Assembly (NCBI GenBank): GCA_964106645.2
Contig: OZ067044.1
DNA length: 64,000 nucleotides
Reading direction: 5' to 3' (one strand)
Origin: Podarcis pityusensis
Taxonomy: Eukaryota
Part shown: piece by piece, positions 1 to 12,524 of the stretch
Numbering within the stretch: the first letter of the stretch is position 1
Layout of the letters: every line of letters begins with the position of its first letter
The notes under the pieces: generated by a model
Database searches by the model: none
What the model was told of the DNA's origin: nothing
The model's input: the letters and a program-made list of their open reading frames with translations, nothing else
Position numbers and translations under genes: made by a program

Positions 1-944
1 AACTGTGTTTCCTTTTGCTTGTTTCTGGAAGGACAATTATGATAAAAATGAGAAACAAATTGAATTTCTTCCTTATCCCTAGGGGCAGAGCTGATGGAAA
101 GGGTGGTATTAAAACCAGCCTCTTTGCTGTTGGTGGGTTGGGCTTACCCAATTGGTCAACAGTTTTGTTTTCTGCACAGTCGGTCACCCTGCAGATCCTA
201 TCATGTTTAACTTGCTTTACCTGGCCTTGCTTAATTTTCCTGGCTGTGTTTGCAGTCAGGAGGCTGAAGCCACTGATGTAAGTAATAAGAGAAAATGTAA
301 CATGGTGGGATAAAGAAAAAGCCACCAATCAGATGCCCCCTTCTTGATCTGTCATGCTGAAATGACCTCTTACATACATCTAATGGTATTCTGCTGCCTC
401 AAAGTCACAGAAGTGGAATATTTATATGATACTTCCTTGCATTTTGTTCAAAAAATATGTATCTTTAAAACCTCAGAAGTTAAATATGCAAACGTTATGT
501 AAAAAGAACCACAAATCCCATCAGTTTTCACTCCATTAATTAGAACAAAACTTAAAATGACGACATCATAAACCAAATACCAGAGCTATTAATGAACAGA
601 CCTGCTGCAGCTCTTGCCAGATAAGCCATAAATCTAATTACTGTGCTTTTTTTCTGGCAGATGGCATAGTGTAAAAAGATTTGATTTAAAACTGAAACAG
701 ATTGGAGTATGATAGGAACTTCCACAAGCTAGACACATTGTATACATATCAGGAGTCAGATAATGATTGAAACATTTGTCTAGTGTTGAGAAACAATAGC
801 TTATGAGCAGCATAGCAGCCTGTGCATTAGGGCCTCCTTTAGGTACCACAGAGCAACAAGGATATGACATGGAAGAATCCTCTGCTGATGGTACTCCTTA
901 GTCCATGCAGAATGTATGAATATTAGTGGCCCTGACTGCAATTC

Positions 945-1092
945 AGAATCAGTGTGGTGTAGCCATTAGAGTTCCACAGACTAACTAGCACTGGAGAGAT
1001 CCAGGAACAAATCTCTACTTTGCCATGAAACTTGCTGAGTGGCCTTGAATCAGTTACAATCTCTCAGGCTAACCTACATCACAGGAGGGAAG
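945..1092 (+). mobile_element. Old MIR/CORE-type SINE remnant
   Basis: tRNA-like head (cagtgtggtgtagcc...) then core-like ccatgaaacttgctgagtggccttg...aggctaacctacatcacagg; heavily diverged. Confidence 0.6.
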
Positions 1093-1233
1093 CTGGAAAA
1101 ATCTGACGGGAATAGGAATGGGATTTGCCAATGTTTACTTATTTGTCCCATGCCCAGAATGAAAATCAATCCAGCAAATAGGATTTGTATTTTCTGTTGC
1201 TTTCAGTCCACAAATGATATACAATTGATTACA

Positions 1234-1336
1234 GTTTTTATCCAATGCTGGTCCTATTCAGAGTGGAGTCAATGAGCATGACTTAGGTCCATTAATCTCA
1301 ATGGGTCTAATCAGAGTTGCATTTAGCTGGATACAA
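1234..1336. repeat. Short palindromic interspersed repeat, family A
   Basis: Inverted ends tatccaa...tggata with internal ccattaatctcaatgggtct; related copy at 47234-47341. Confidence 0.6.
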
Positions 1337-1472
1337 TGCTACATCCCTGCCATCTGCACTTTGTGTTTCCTTTACATTGGAATGAACAGAGTGGAATAAC
1401 CTGATGACAATAAAATGTACATAATTTTGCCATTGTGAACATCCAGATAAATAATGTAGCCCTTGGCAGAAG

Positions 1473-1953
1473 TCATAGAATAGAATAGAATAGAATCATA
1501 GAGTTGGAAGAGACCACAAGGGCCATCGAGTCCAACCCCCTGCCAAGCAGGAAACACCATCAGAGCACTCCTGACATATGGTTGTCAAGCCTCTGCTTAA
1601 AGACCTCCAAAGAAGGAGACTCCACCACACTCCTTGGCAGCAAATTCCACTGTCGAACAGCTCTTACTGTCAGGAAGTTCTTCCTAATGTTTAGGTGGAA
1701 TCTTCTTTCTTGTAGTCTGGATCCATTGCTCCGTGTCCGCTTCTCTGGAGCAGCAGAAAACAACCTTTCTCCCTCCTCTATGTGACATCCTTTTATATAT
1801 TTGAACATGGCTATCATATCACCCCTTAACCTCCTCTTCTCCAGGCTAAACATGTCCAGCTCCCTTAGCCGTTCCTCATAAGGCATCGTTTCCAGGCCTT
1901 TGACCATTTTGGTTGCCCTCCTCTGGACACGTTCCAGTTTGTCACGTTCCAGT
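1473..1953 (-). mobile_element. CR1 LINE, 5'-truncated 3' end (ORF2 C-terminus, 3'UTR, ATTCT-type tail)
   Basis: ORF 1560..2009 contains LERVQRRATKMVKGLE...SLEKRRLRGDMI...SPSLEVFKQRLD, the typical CR1 ORF2 end; tail repeat (tagaa)n at 1476-1500; frame intact, so young. Confidence 0.97.
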
Positions 1954-2261
1954 CGAACTGCAGTAGAACAGAAACAGTGCTGCATATGACAAATAGAGGG
2001 CAGAATCAAAAACTACATCTTCTTTTATCCCTACCTCAGTTGCAGAGTGTGGAGTGGAGTGTGGGAATGTTGTGGGTGGCAGGAGAGGCTATATTGATTA
2101 TTAATATCCTTCCTAACTTGCACTAGCAAGTTTCTTCACTTAGCAGAATGCATTCCCCTTCTTATGCAGCAGAAAGCTGGTTGCAAACTCGTGTGAGTTT
2201 CTTAAGACAATAAGCAATTCAATCTGGCTTGTCCAGATTGAGATATGTGCTAATATTCCTG

Positions 2262-2620
2262 GTAAGACCCCTTTGCATCCCTCCTAAAAAAAATAAAGAC
2301 ACCACAGTCTTATTCATAAGTAACAAAAAGTAGTTTTACTCACGATCAGGCAGAGCACAGTGTGATCCCCGAAGGCAGGCTTAAGGCTTAAAGTTACAAA
2401 CATGTACAAACAGGTTTACCCCATGTGGGAGATAACCTGGGGATTACTGTGGCAGCCAGCAGTCCAGTCCAGGTGATGCAGAAAGCAGACAGGACAAACA
2501 GGAAGGTCGAAAAAGAGAGGTAGCAGCGTGACTTGGCCTTTTACCAGGTCTGGAAAGGTCACACCCACCTACTAGTCACATGCAGAAAAGGATGTTCCAG
2601 GCTAGGAGGAACCAACATCC
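2262..2620. mobile_element. Possible LTR remnant
   Basis: Shares taaagacaccacagtct with the LTR-like element near 7590; ends and TSD not resolved. Confidence 0.3.
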
Positions 2621-3557
2621 CCGGCTTGGCCACTCTAGCAAAACAGGTAATGTTGTGCTTGACTGCTCCCAGTGGATTACATCCCACATGGAGGATTGCC
2701 ACAGCTCTGCCTTCCCAGCTGCAGCAGTACTGTTGCTCTCTAGGATTGGGAAAGGACAGTGTGATGTGGCCATGAGAGTGAGGGGAAGAACTGCTTTGGC
2801 AAATTTGAGTATTACCTGCTGCCTCCAACCTGATACTCTCCCACCACATCTCATCTTGGTCCCCCATAAGTGGCAGTCCTGCCACAACCAGGAGCACAAT
2901 GGTCCGTCTACACCCCATGAGTGCTCACAAGGTTGTTGTGCAGCAAGACTGGTCACTGGTCAGAGTTGTACTCAAGAAACATCTGGAGAGTTAGAGGGCC
3001 TGACCAAAATGAAAATGCGATGGGAAGACTAAGTTTCAAAGTGGGAAGGAGCTAGAGCCATTTTGGCAGTGCAATCCTATGTAGCTGGAAGTCATATTAT
3101 GTTCAGTAAGTATGTTAAAAATTGAGGCCTTTGTGAATAAGATTTTATCATTTCAAGGGCAAAGAAAACATACATAATTGCCTCAGATGCGCCAATTAAA
3201 GAAAAAAAGGGGTCACAACCAAGCACCTCGTAAACATCTCGTATCTTTCACATTTTGCTAGAATATAGATTTTTTAAAACACTGTAGTATTGACTTTGTT
3301 TTTGTTTTATTCACTGTGTGCCTGAACATCATTCCAAACCAATTTTCTTTTAATAGAACCTCAGCAGAGAAGTGTATATTTTCAGTGAAGTTCCTTCCTA
3401 TCTATTGCATCCAATTACAAAATTGCCCCATTTTGAGACCTTCACAAACAAAGTGTGTGGAGATGGTTACTGATAATTTGAGCTTGCAAAATGCAGCTGA
3501 GATAAAGGTCTGAAAACAGGCTGAAACACTGTGGTATCAGAGTTAAAGTAAACGTGG

Positions 3558-3641
3558 GAGCCTATACATGTCTACTCTGAAGTAAGCCAAATTGGATTCA
3601 ATGGCGCTTAATCCCAGGTAAGTGTTTACAGGGTTGCAGTC
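3558..3641. repeat. Short palindromic interspersed repeat, family B (MITE-like)
   Basis: cctatacatgtctactctgaagtaag...ttcaatgg...cccaggtaagtg...gggttgcag; further copies near 4798, 4891, 13709, 40618, 57513. Confidence 0.65.
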
Positions 3642-3913
3642 TACACAGGTGCTCTGACATTGAAATCCCATCTGTGTGTGAAATGCTGGAGGCAGGTAGA
3701 CTCAGTAATGCAGGAGGTATGAACAATGATCTTAAACCTTTGCTTCCCATTGACAATTGCCCAGTGTTCAGTGTTGCTATTTGGACGCTGGTTCCTATTG
3801 TACCAATAGGATCTTTCTTTCCAATACAAATAACAGTGAGAAGAGGGGACATCATGTGGGGACCATGAAAGGAAGAGAAAGGGTTAAATTCTTCCTTCCT
3901 ATCAGTCCCAAGC

Positions 3914-4306
3914 CTAATGAGGAAGAAGTGGTCAAGGAGATGGAAAAAGTGGGATCCTTGGGAGGAAGTAACCACATTCTCTTGGCATCCATTATACAGA
4001 GGAAAGGGAAAGGTTAGTGTAATTGAGCATACACTATGAATTTTAAGAAAGCTGATTTCAGAAAACCCAAGGAACTACAAAGTTAGACTCTATGGTAAGA
4101 GATACTCATAAATGGGTGCTCATGAGTGAGGTAAGAGTTGTTCAACAGTGGAACAGTTTACTTCAGAAGGCGGGTGGATTCTCCTTCATTGGAGGTTTTC
4201 AAACAGAGGTTGTATGGCCATCTGCCAGAGATTCTTTAGTTTGTGATTCCTGCGCAGACTAGATTACCACTGGAATCCCTTCCAGGTCCAAAGTTCTATG
4301 ACTCTA
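3914..4306 (+). mobile_element. Internally deleted CR1 LINE (endonuclease end joined to 3' end)
   Basis: NEEEVVKEMEKVGSLGGSNHILL resembles the CR1 APE C-terminal GxLGxSDH motif, followed by a FKKADF-coding stretch; from 4131 it matches the ORF2 end and ttctatgactcta tail. Confidence 0.8.
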
Positions 4307-4797
4307 GGATAATCCCTCCATGAATGGAAGCCGCATTTTAAGGATCATACCCATAAAATCCTCATGAAAGCATTTAACCACATGTTTAGTTTGGCCAGTT
4401 TACACGATCGAGCATCCCACTGTCTAGAAAATGTAAATAAGAATGGAATGATTTGGCAAAGATTTTTTTTCAAAAATGAATACTTTTAATTGACTGAAAA
4501 CTCCCCTCATTTAAACTACACAGCAGATCTCACATGAATGTTACCATTTTTGGAGTGTATGGGGGGAGAGATTGCTTAGAGGCTTAATACAAACAGGATA
4601 TTAAATCAATGAAATATAAATATTCAGCATTAGCCTGAAGAACAGAATGAGGCTGTTACTGACATTCCTCTTCCTTTAAGTGCCTATTTATTAAAATAAG
4701 TAAATATACTGCTGTGAGCCATCCTGCCCTAGTATGTAAACAGTCCTTCTAGGTTTTGGTATGGCTTTGGTACTTGCTCGGGGATTTGGGGGATCCA

Positions 4798-4980
4798 GCT
4801 GTAATCCTGCAACCTCTAATCTGGGAGTAAGCTCCATTGAACTCACTGCAGCTTACTTCTGCATAGAAGCATATAGGATTGCGCTGCAAACCTGTAGTCC
4901 TATACAGATTTCCCTGGGAACAAACCCCATTGAACCCAAAGGGGCTTACTTCTGAACAGGCATGCACAGGTTTTGGCTGT
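4798..4980. repeat. Two adjacent family B palindromic repeats
   Basis: gctgtaatcct...ctgggagtaagctccattgaactc...cttacttctg...ataggattgc, repeated in degenerate form from 4891. Confidence 0.7.
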
Positions 4981-5083
4981 TAATGAGGAATTGGCTACAG
5001 CAATACATGCATTGTTCTAAGTGTTTAGAATTTTCTTTTTTTAAAAAAAAAAAATCACACTCATACACATCACAGCAAGACAC

Positions 5084-5250
5084 GGGAAGCTGCCATCTAT
5101 CAAGTCCGACTGCTGGTTCATCTAGCTGAATACTGTTGGCCCTGACTAGCAGTGCTCTCTAGGGTTTCAGACAGGAGTTGTTCCCAGCCCTACCTGGGAA
5201 CCTTTTGCATGAAATGTGGATGCTGTACCACTGAGCTGTAGTTCTTTCCC
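5084..5250 (-). mobile_element. tRNA-derived squamate SINE (ggaagctgcc... tail family)
   Basis: Reverse-strand tRNA head (taccactgagct) and body shared with 8942-9085 and 62690-62858. Confidence 0.8.
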
Positions 5251-5737
5251 TTCCAGGTTTTGCTAAAAAGGTTATGGGGGGAGAGTTTTTTGAATTCTAT
5301 TATTTATTTAACTAGATTCCTATCCCACTTATATAACCTCTAAGAAGATTCAAGGTGCTTCCCCATCTAGGAATGCCTTTCTGCGCACTACAATATACCA
5401 TGTTTAACCCACACGGATCATTTTCCTAGGCTCTATGGCATTCTCTCTTCCAAGGGAAGCTTTCCTTATCTTCCCAGTGCATGGGAAAGAGGAATGCAAA
5501 ATAAGACAACAGTGACAGCAGGGAGTGGCATTTTGGAACAGAAGTGGGGAGACACAACTGAAATCCCCACACAGCCATGAAACTCACTGTTTTCATGACC
5601 GAAATTTGCTTCTGTTCCATTCCACAGCTTCTAGGGTGATCACCGTTATACAGGTTTGCCCCCTAAAATGACCCAAAGAAAAATTGCAAATTGCATAGTT
5701 AAATTATAACTGGCACTCAACTCAAGCTGCTTGTGTC

Positions 5738-5881
5738 TGGGATGCAGAATTTGTGGCACTCCATATATTGTTGGAGTCCAGCTCCCATCAGCCCCAGCTA
5801 GCATGGCCCATGTTCAAGGATGGCAGGAGCTGGAGTTCAACAGCATCAATGTCTAGAGTGGCAGGGAATCCCAATCCATGG
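5738..5881. mobile_element. Non-autonomous hAT-like remnant
   Basis: ctcccatcagccccagctagcatggcc...gatggcaggagctggagttcaacagcatc; related copies near 27955, 39197, 48893. Confidence 0.6.
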
Positions 5882-6968
5882 TCTCAACTTGCGTTATGAC
5901 TGATTCTAATTTGTGGGACGCAAAACTCAGGTTGGTCAGAATCACATTGCACCATGCGAGCTTGATATAACCTATACCACAGGGATCCCTGCTGCCAAGG
6001 GACTGAACTGGGATGGGAAATCACTTTGTGTGAATGAATCTTCTCCTTGATCACAATAAAATAATTTGTATGGGAATTGATTGGCATGTTTCCCTTAGCC
6101 ATATATCACCACTGGCATTAAGACTATAGCTGGGCATCCCACTTAACGTTGGTATATGCCAGGATGGTATGCATAGCATATCTGAGCCAGGTTTAAAATC
6201 TCTTTCTTAACAGGGCTCATTGTTGGCAGTGCTATGTATACCATACATCCTTAAGAAATTTTAACTTCTCTCTGTATGCTTATGTCACGCGAAAGAATCC
6301 ACCCACATATTAAATTATAGTTTCCTCTTATCTGCTGTTCCTACAGTGCAAGTGAGCTCTAAATTGTCTAACATGTCTACTCAGAACCAAGCCCTACTGT
6401 GCTTAATAGTTTTGTTTATTAACTTTATTAAATGCCTATTTCTTTAAAAAGAGTTGAGGCATTTTACAGCAGGTTAAAATATGCAAAATAATAATAATAC
6501 AAAACAGTATAAACAATATCTTAACAGCAGACAAAACATCAGAAATCCACCATCCCATCCAATGCAACCGGACTTCGGTTCCTGCTGCAGGAGGGTATAG
6601 GATTGCCGCTATAAAGAGGAAAAGATAAATATACTTCAGAGCTGTGTACTTGCTTTCCTCTCTCTCCTCCACCCGCACATGGGCACTTTCACCCAGCGAG
6701 TATTAAACTAGACAGGCTGTGGTGAATGCAATATTAAAAGCTGCTTTAGTTAATCCCGTAACACAACACTGTGGTTTCCTCTCCATGTTTGAAACGAATT
6801 TCAATTCCTCCATCAGTCTGAACAGAAATAGCTAGCTAGAATGGTGTGCTCTGAGGTCTCTCCTGCATGAGCTCCCTTAGAAGGATGTAGGGATTTTTCT
6901 GCCAGTATTGCTGCACAACATGAAGCAGCCACAGAGATATAGAAGGACAAGGACAGGGGCCCTTAAGT

Positions 6969-7121
6969 TAGAATCATAGAACTGTAGAGTTGGAAGGGAC
7001 CCTGAGGATCATCTAGTCCAACCCCCTGCAATGCAGGAATATGCAGCTGGTCCATACAGGGATTGAACCTGCAACCTTGGTGTTATCAGCACCATGGTCT
7101 AACCAACTGAGCTATCCAGGC
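6969..7121 (-). mobile_element. tRNA-head / CR1-tail SINE (POM/Squam2-like)
   Basis: Minus-strand A/B-box tRNA head (rc of ctaaccaactgagctatcc, gattgaacc) plus CR1-type 3' end gtcccttccaactctacagttctatgattcta. Confidence 0.9.
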
Positions 7122-7185
7122 TCATGAAGTGCAATGCAAATGGTAAAGCAGTAGATGAATTTAAAGTTAATTGAATAATATCGTT

Positions 7186-7694
7186 TGTGGGCACCAGTCT
7201 CCCATAAATTCCCGGGTCCAATAGGTTTTATAATTTAATCAAGTCTTGGGGAGTTCAATTGGATGCCATATTCCTAAACCCTGGACCCAGATTCCTGTAT
7301 TCAGGTGACTGCCTGGCAGATGGGCTATTAAGAAAACAAAGGAAAGGTAAACTCAGAGTTAGTTAGAATACAAAGCCAGAGTTGAGAGTTGGCTGTAATG
7401 TGACCTAGGGAGAAAAAGGCTGCAGGGTAGTAAAGACAGCAAGCTGAAGAGAGGGCCAGAGCACAATGTTTGATTTCTGTTTGAATCCAAGGCAGTGCCT
7501 ATGGGAGAAACTAGACCCCACAGTTAATACTGGGAATCCCTTCATTGTATGCACAGGTTATATATATGTGTAAATGAACCATATATCCTAAAGACACCAC
7601 AGTCTCTGCTGTGCCTCATACCTAAAAGGAAACACAAGCCCTGGGTAGATGCCTGGAATCTTGCACCGCTCAGAGACTGAGGTGGTTTGCAGCA
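7186..7694 (+). mobile_element. Degenerate solo LTR
   Basis: ~510 bp TG...CA; 3' part (gtaaatgaacc...aaagacaccac...aaaggaaac...ctgggta...ctggaat) is colinear with 8178-8275; no clean TSD. Confidence 0.5.
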
Positions 7695-7949
7695 ATATAA
7701 TTATGGAGCTTTAAATGGCAGGTGCTAACATAGTTGGTTTAATGCCTCATTCTGTGAAAAGACAACTCTCTTCTAATGTATTGTTATGGCTTTCCTAACT
7801 AATTTCTGTAATGCTGTTGACCTGGGGTGCCTGCCCTTAAATAATGTCGGCCAGCCAGTTAGACTTGCGAAAATAGTGCTGATAGCCCTGATCTTCTAGT
7901 GATGTATTTCCCTGGGACTATGTGATTGTCAGAAGAAATTACTCATCCA

Positions 7950-8290
7950 GGTTGCCACACCCTCTAGCCAGAGGGTAGACAAGGTGTCTCTGAGTGTAAG
8001 AAAACAGACTGCATTTTCAGACAGAAAATGAGGCAAACAGAAAGAGTGGGGTTTGGGTTCTGTAAGCATTTTGGGGAGCAAGCTATCTCCCTAGAACTCA
8101 GAGGTAGCATCACTGGATTTAGGCTGTCTATTGGAGTGCTTAAGCTGTACCTTGACCTATGCTTAACCTGTATTTTTGTAAATAAACTCAAGTGCTACAA
8201 AGCACCAATGTGTCTCCAGTGGCCTCTTCCAAAGGAAACCAAACCTGGGTAATAAGCTTTGTACCTCTGGAATGCCTTACCTTGCAAAGC
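7950..8290 (+). mobile_element. Second related LTR remnant, possibly followed by decayed internal sequence
   Basis: AATAAA at 8181 followed by aaagcacca...gtctc...gcctc...aaaggaaacc...ctgggta...ctggaat as in 7570-7660. Confidence 0.45.
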
Positions 8291-8941
8291 AGTGAGGTAA
8301 ATGAAAGAGAATCATTAGAAAGGGTTGTAGGCAACCTACAGGCTCAGCTAAACCAGGTCTTGGGAAGATTTGATGAAAGCTTAAACCTAAATCTTTTTCC
8401 AGAATGGGGAATAACAGGATCCAACCTACAGTAGGAACAGGTTCAAGCAAGTTAGATTTGGTTCAGCATGGTGGTAATGGGATCTAAGAAGTGAGAGAAA
8501 GCATTATCAACTTTGCAAAATGCAAAACGAGTAGGCAGCCAGAGCCTGTGGTCCCAGGGCCAGCAGAAAACTAGCTGTGGCTGTGCCTGGTAGTTCCAAC
8601 AGGACAGACAGGAAAACAACAAGGGAAGATTAGGATAAGCATTGAGCTGCAGGGGAAAACTTCCCCCATGCGAGGCTCAGTTAGGGTAGGTAGAATCAGA
8701 TGATGGTTAATTATTTTTTTAAAAAATGCTATGTGTCTGCTGTAACCTCAGAATAAGGAAGACAACTTTTCAGCTGGCTATTATAGCAGTGCCTTTAACA
8801 GCATCTCAATGTGTAGGCATTACAAGGCGATCAACTTTACATCCATACTGTGAAATTCTTTAGCTACTAATTTTGCATTGTTGCTAACCATCTGTTTATA
8901 ACCTTGTTTGCGCTTGCCTGTCAGAAGCTTCTGATTGTTTC

Positions 8942-9085
8942 ATAGGAAGCTGCCTTATACTGAATAAAGCAGTGAGTCCATCTAGCTCAGTATGGCCTAC
9001 AGGGAGTGATAGTGGCTCTCTAGGATTTCAGACTTTCCAACTGTTAGCCAGAAATGCCAGGGATTAATTCTGGGGTCTTTTGCAA
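8942..9085 (-). mobile_element. tRNA-derived SINE, same family as 5084-5250
   Basis: ataggaagctgccttatactga...ccatctagctcagtat...gtggctctctaggatttcagac. Confidence 0.8.
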
Positions 9086-12000
9086 GGACTGCTGGGAAAT
9101 CAGTCCAAGCAGGGCATAGTCTAGACTGTGTTGGCTACCTTTCTCATTGTCAGCCGCCCTGAGATCTTTTGATAAAGGGTGGTATATAAATCAAATAAAT
9201 ACAATAAATTACCGGTGCAATTTGGTACCATGTGCCATGAGAGCTTCTTGTCCATTGGGGAATGTTACCAATTATTTACTCACCATGGAAAGCCTTCTAT
9301 GAGAGAAAAGCAATCATGCTAGATTCTTCTAATTTATTTTCCCCCTTGTTATAATAATTCTAAGGTCTCAAATATAGAATAAATTTTCATAAATGTACAA
9401 GGCAAACACATACATAAGTATATAAACCACGTGTCTGAAATAGTACAGGAGAGCAATCCAGAAGCTTTTTTGACTCTCCCAAATTGACCTCAAATATTTC
9501 TCTGCAAGGAGGAAGGAAATGGGAAAAGCTTTCCAATTGTCTTTGGACTGTAGGGGATTACACCTCCCTGCAAATACAGCCTAGCAAGTATCTGTTAAGC
9601 TGAGCAAACTATCAATATGTGTAAGAGATTCAGGAACTAAAGTATTTACCAGCTCAAAGGAATTGCCAGGCTACCCAGAAAATGCAATCAAGTAAGGCAT
9701 TATCAGGTATCCTGGCAGACAGGAGAGAAGCAACACTCCAATTTCTGCTGGAGACCACCTCCTTCTGTGATGTATGTATGATGTTTTGGGGGCTGGTCTT
9801 CGGTTACAGGGTGGGCAATTTCAAAAGTCTTTATGGGGACTTTAGCACCATTGTTCTGGGTCTCTACTACCTCCTTGCAAGGTGGGGAGGGAACTCTATT
9901 GCAACAGAAAAATAAATATCTGCCTTGCTTTCTATGGATCTTGCCTCCATCCATTCACCTCTGACCGATCATGGACTTATGGAACTCAGTCTCTTGGAGA
10001 GTTGGGCAGCAAAAGCAAAACCGCCTTACACTTTCTGGTCTTTAGAAGTGCTAAAGGGTTCCCTTCATTTCTATAACTTCATGCTCTTTTAGCTTTATTT
10101 TCTTATATTTATATATTGTCTTTCTTTCATCATGGAACCCCAGGTGGTGTAGAAGTGGTTCCCAGGCACTGCTTAACTTCAGCTAGGTGTTAACCTCAGG
10201 TGCCTTCAGACCATGCCCTGGGACCCACAGTCTTGCTCAAGAGCCACAGAGAAATAATGTTCAACATGCATGTGAAGCTGGAATCACTAAACCTAATCTA
10301 TCCACTCACTATTTGATTGACAGCAATTCTTTGGTATGACACCATAGTCATGGTATGGTAAAACAAGGAAAATGCAGTGTTTTCACAGGAAGCAATTCCA
10401 CTGTCTCACTGAAAAGCCCCTCAAAAGTGTGGATCTGGGAGAATGATTCCTCTCTCTCTTTGGTTATTTAGAGTCCCTTATCTGTCTCACAGCCTGCAGA
10501 TTCCAATTAACTCTTCAGCACACCTTTGATTAAAATAGTAAGCAGCAAGGTGGATTCTCCAGGAAAATGTACATTTAAGGGCCTGAAAGGCAAAGAGAGA
10601 GATAAAGAAAAATGGAAGGAGGGGAAAAATGCATACAAATCTAAATTTTGCCATCCCCAGAAGTGCTGCGAAATATTCCTCCTTAGAGAAAGTGGCATTA
10701 AGCTCAGTATTTTTAGTCCTCCCCTGAAAGATTAGTTTCCTGTATAGAAACATATTGCTTCCCTGATTTCATTGTGGTTTCTGCAGCTCGTCAGACATGA
10801 GGATGGAACTGACACTGTCCTGTGTAGCAGTGTGGATGTGCTTCAGAACATGACACAACACTGGTTACAGGCAGCTGTTCTGGGTGAGATAATATGCAGG
10901 AACAAGCTGCTAATTCTAATTGAGAAATTAACATGGATTTCCACACACCCTCGCCCCCTGTAATAATTAACAACATTTCATCCAAAAGTAGAACTTGGGC
11001 AGCAACAACCAAAATCAGTATGCTCCATTAGAAGCACACACCATCACTCGCTGTTCCGTTCCCTGAACTCCCAAGTACAGCAAATACTCTAATTCAAAGT
11101 CATTTTGAAGCCTGCATGTTTTCTGTTTAGAATAATCTTAGGTAAGCCAATGGGGCTTTGAAGTGAACTTTGGTTCAATGCTAATGCAGCCGTTTACATG
11201 CAGTTTTTGAGTTCTGTTAGTACAACATTTGCTTTATCATTATCTCTACAATTAGTGATGTGCTCCTTGGAGATGACTGTGATATGTATATGAATGAAAA
11301 TGAGTTTTAAGGCATTAGTAAAGCATAAATAAAATTATCCAAGACACTAAAGCCAAATGCGGTGGGGAGCTGAAGGCCACTTTGTTCTACTGTGAACTTA
11401 AGTTACTATAATATGGGCATCCTTATCTGAATAGTAATATATTAATATGAATATGCATAATTATTATGATTGCCTGAGATGTCAGCATGCAGCCTCCAGT
11501 CTCACACAGTTGTCTCTTTATTAAGTGGCTGCAGATGTCAGAACTTTGCACTAGGGCACTGGGAGACCAACCCTGGAGATTCACAGACCATTTCACCTGG
11601 CTTGAAACTAGCACTGCATGTGTTTTGCTTCCTGCTAAACTTTATGTGAATCTTACAGCTACTTTCTGGAAAATACTACAGATGTGGAAATTGACTTGCA
11701 TGGAAGTTAATAGGCCATGATGATGTCTCATCCAAACCAAACATGCCACATAATAAAACTTTACCACTTATAATTAAATGTAGGCATAGCAAGTTTTGGA
11801 AAACGTAAATGTGGCTGAGAGAGGAAGTTTGTGGTGTTATTCTAGACTTGCACAACTTCTCACCCCATCTTCCCAAACACAGCCCAGCAGGAGCAACCCA
11901 CATTGCAGACCGCTTCATTTCAGCATTGATTTGATTTGCACTGGGCAAATCTCAAGAGTTTGCTGGAACTCGCAAACCCTATGAACTTTGACATCATAAC

Positions 12001-12524
12001 CATTTCTTCACTACAGGAAAGATCACTGGCACACTGCCTTGATATGATGTTCCACTGTCTGGATATATGAATAAAATCTACAATAATCTTAACTAATTTA
12101 ATTTATCTACATCAAGCGGGAATGAGGTCATTTTTCAAGTATTAATGTCCTGTGTGAAGAGCTTAACATTTAACAACTGGGATGTCAAAATATATATTAG
12201 TGCTTTATGTCTCCCATCAAATGGACAATTTAAGAAGTTTAACAGCTATTCTTTTGTAAGAACAACTCTGCCCAGTGAATAACCTTCCAGAATTCAAAAT
12301 GAACCATCCCTTCTAATCAGCACCTTATGTGATCACTGAGATGTCATTTGCAAGGGACATTTTGCAGAGGGCTTCTCCTTAGGAATGCATGGAAGATGTC
12401 TTTGAGGTCTTTTTAAAGGAGTAGCATTCACCAGTTATCAAAGCAGAAAGCATTATCAAATGAGGCTGTACTGTACAGACGGGAAGCTTTCAAAAACTTA
12501 GAGATGGCACTGTAGAGCTGCCTC

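Noticed and set aside
1560-2009. 149-aa ORF as a host gene
   Set aside because: It is the CR1 ORF2 C-terminus plus chance read-through into flank.
2533-3032. Overlapping 80-150 aa ORFs on both strands
   Set aside because: No recognisable domain or splice context; locally higher GC beside an LTR-like remnant explains the lack of stops.
6969-7121. tRNA genes (also near 39370, 53389, 62800)
   Set aside because: These are degenerate tRNA-derived SINE heads attached to LINE-type tails.
10787-10883. Plus-strand 97-nt exon candidate (LVRHEDGTDTVLC...)
   Set aside because: Moderate splice sites, frame-shifting length, unrecognised peptide; within chance expectation.
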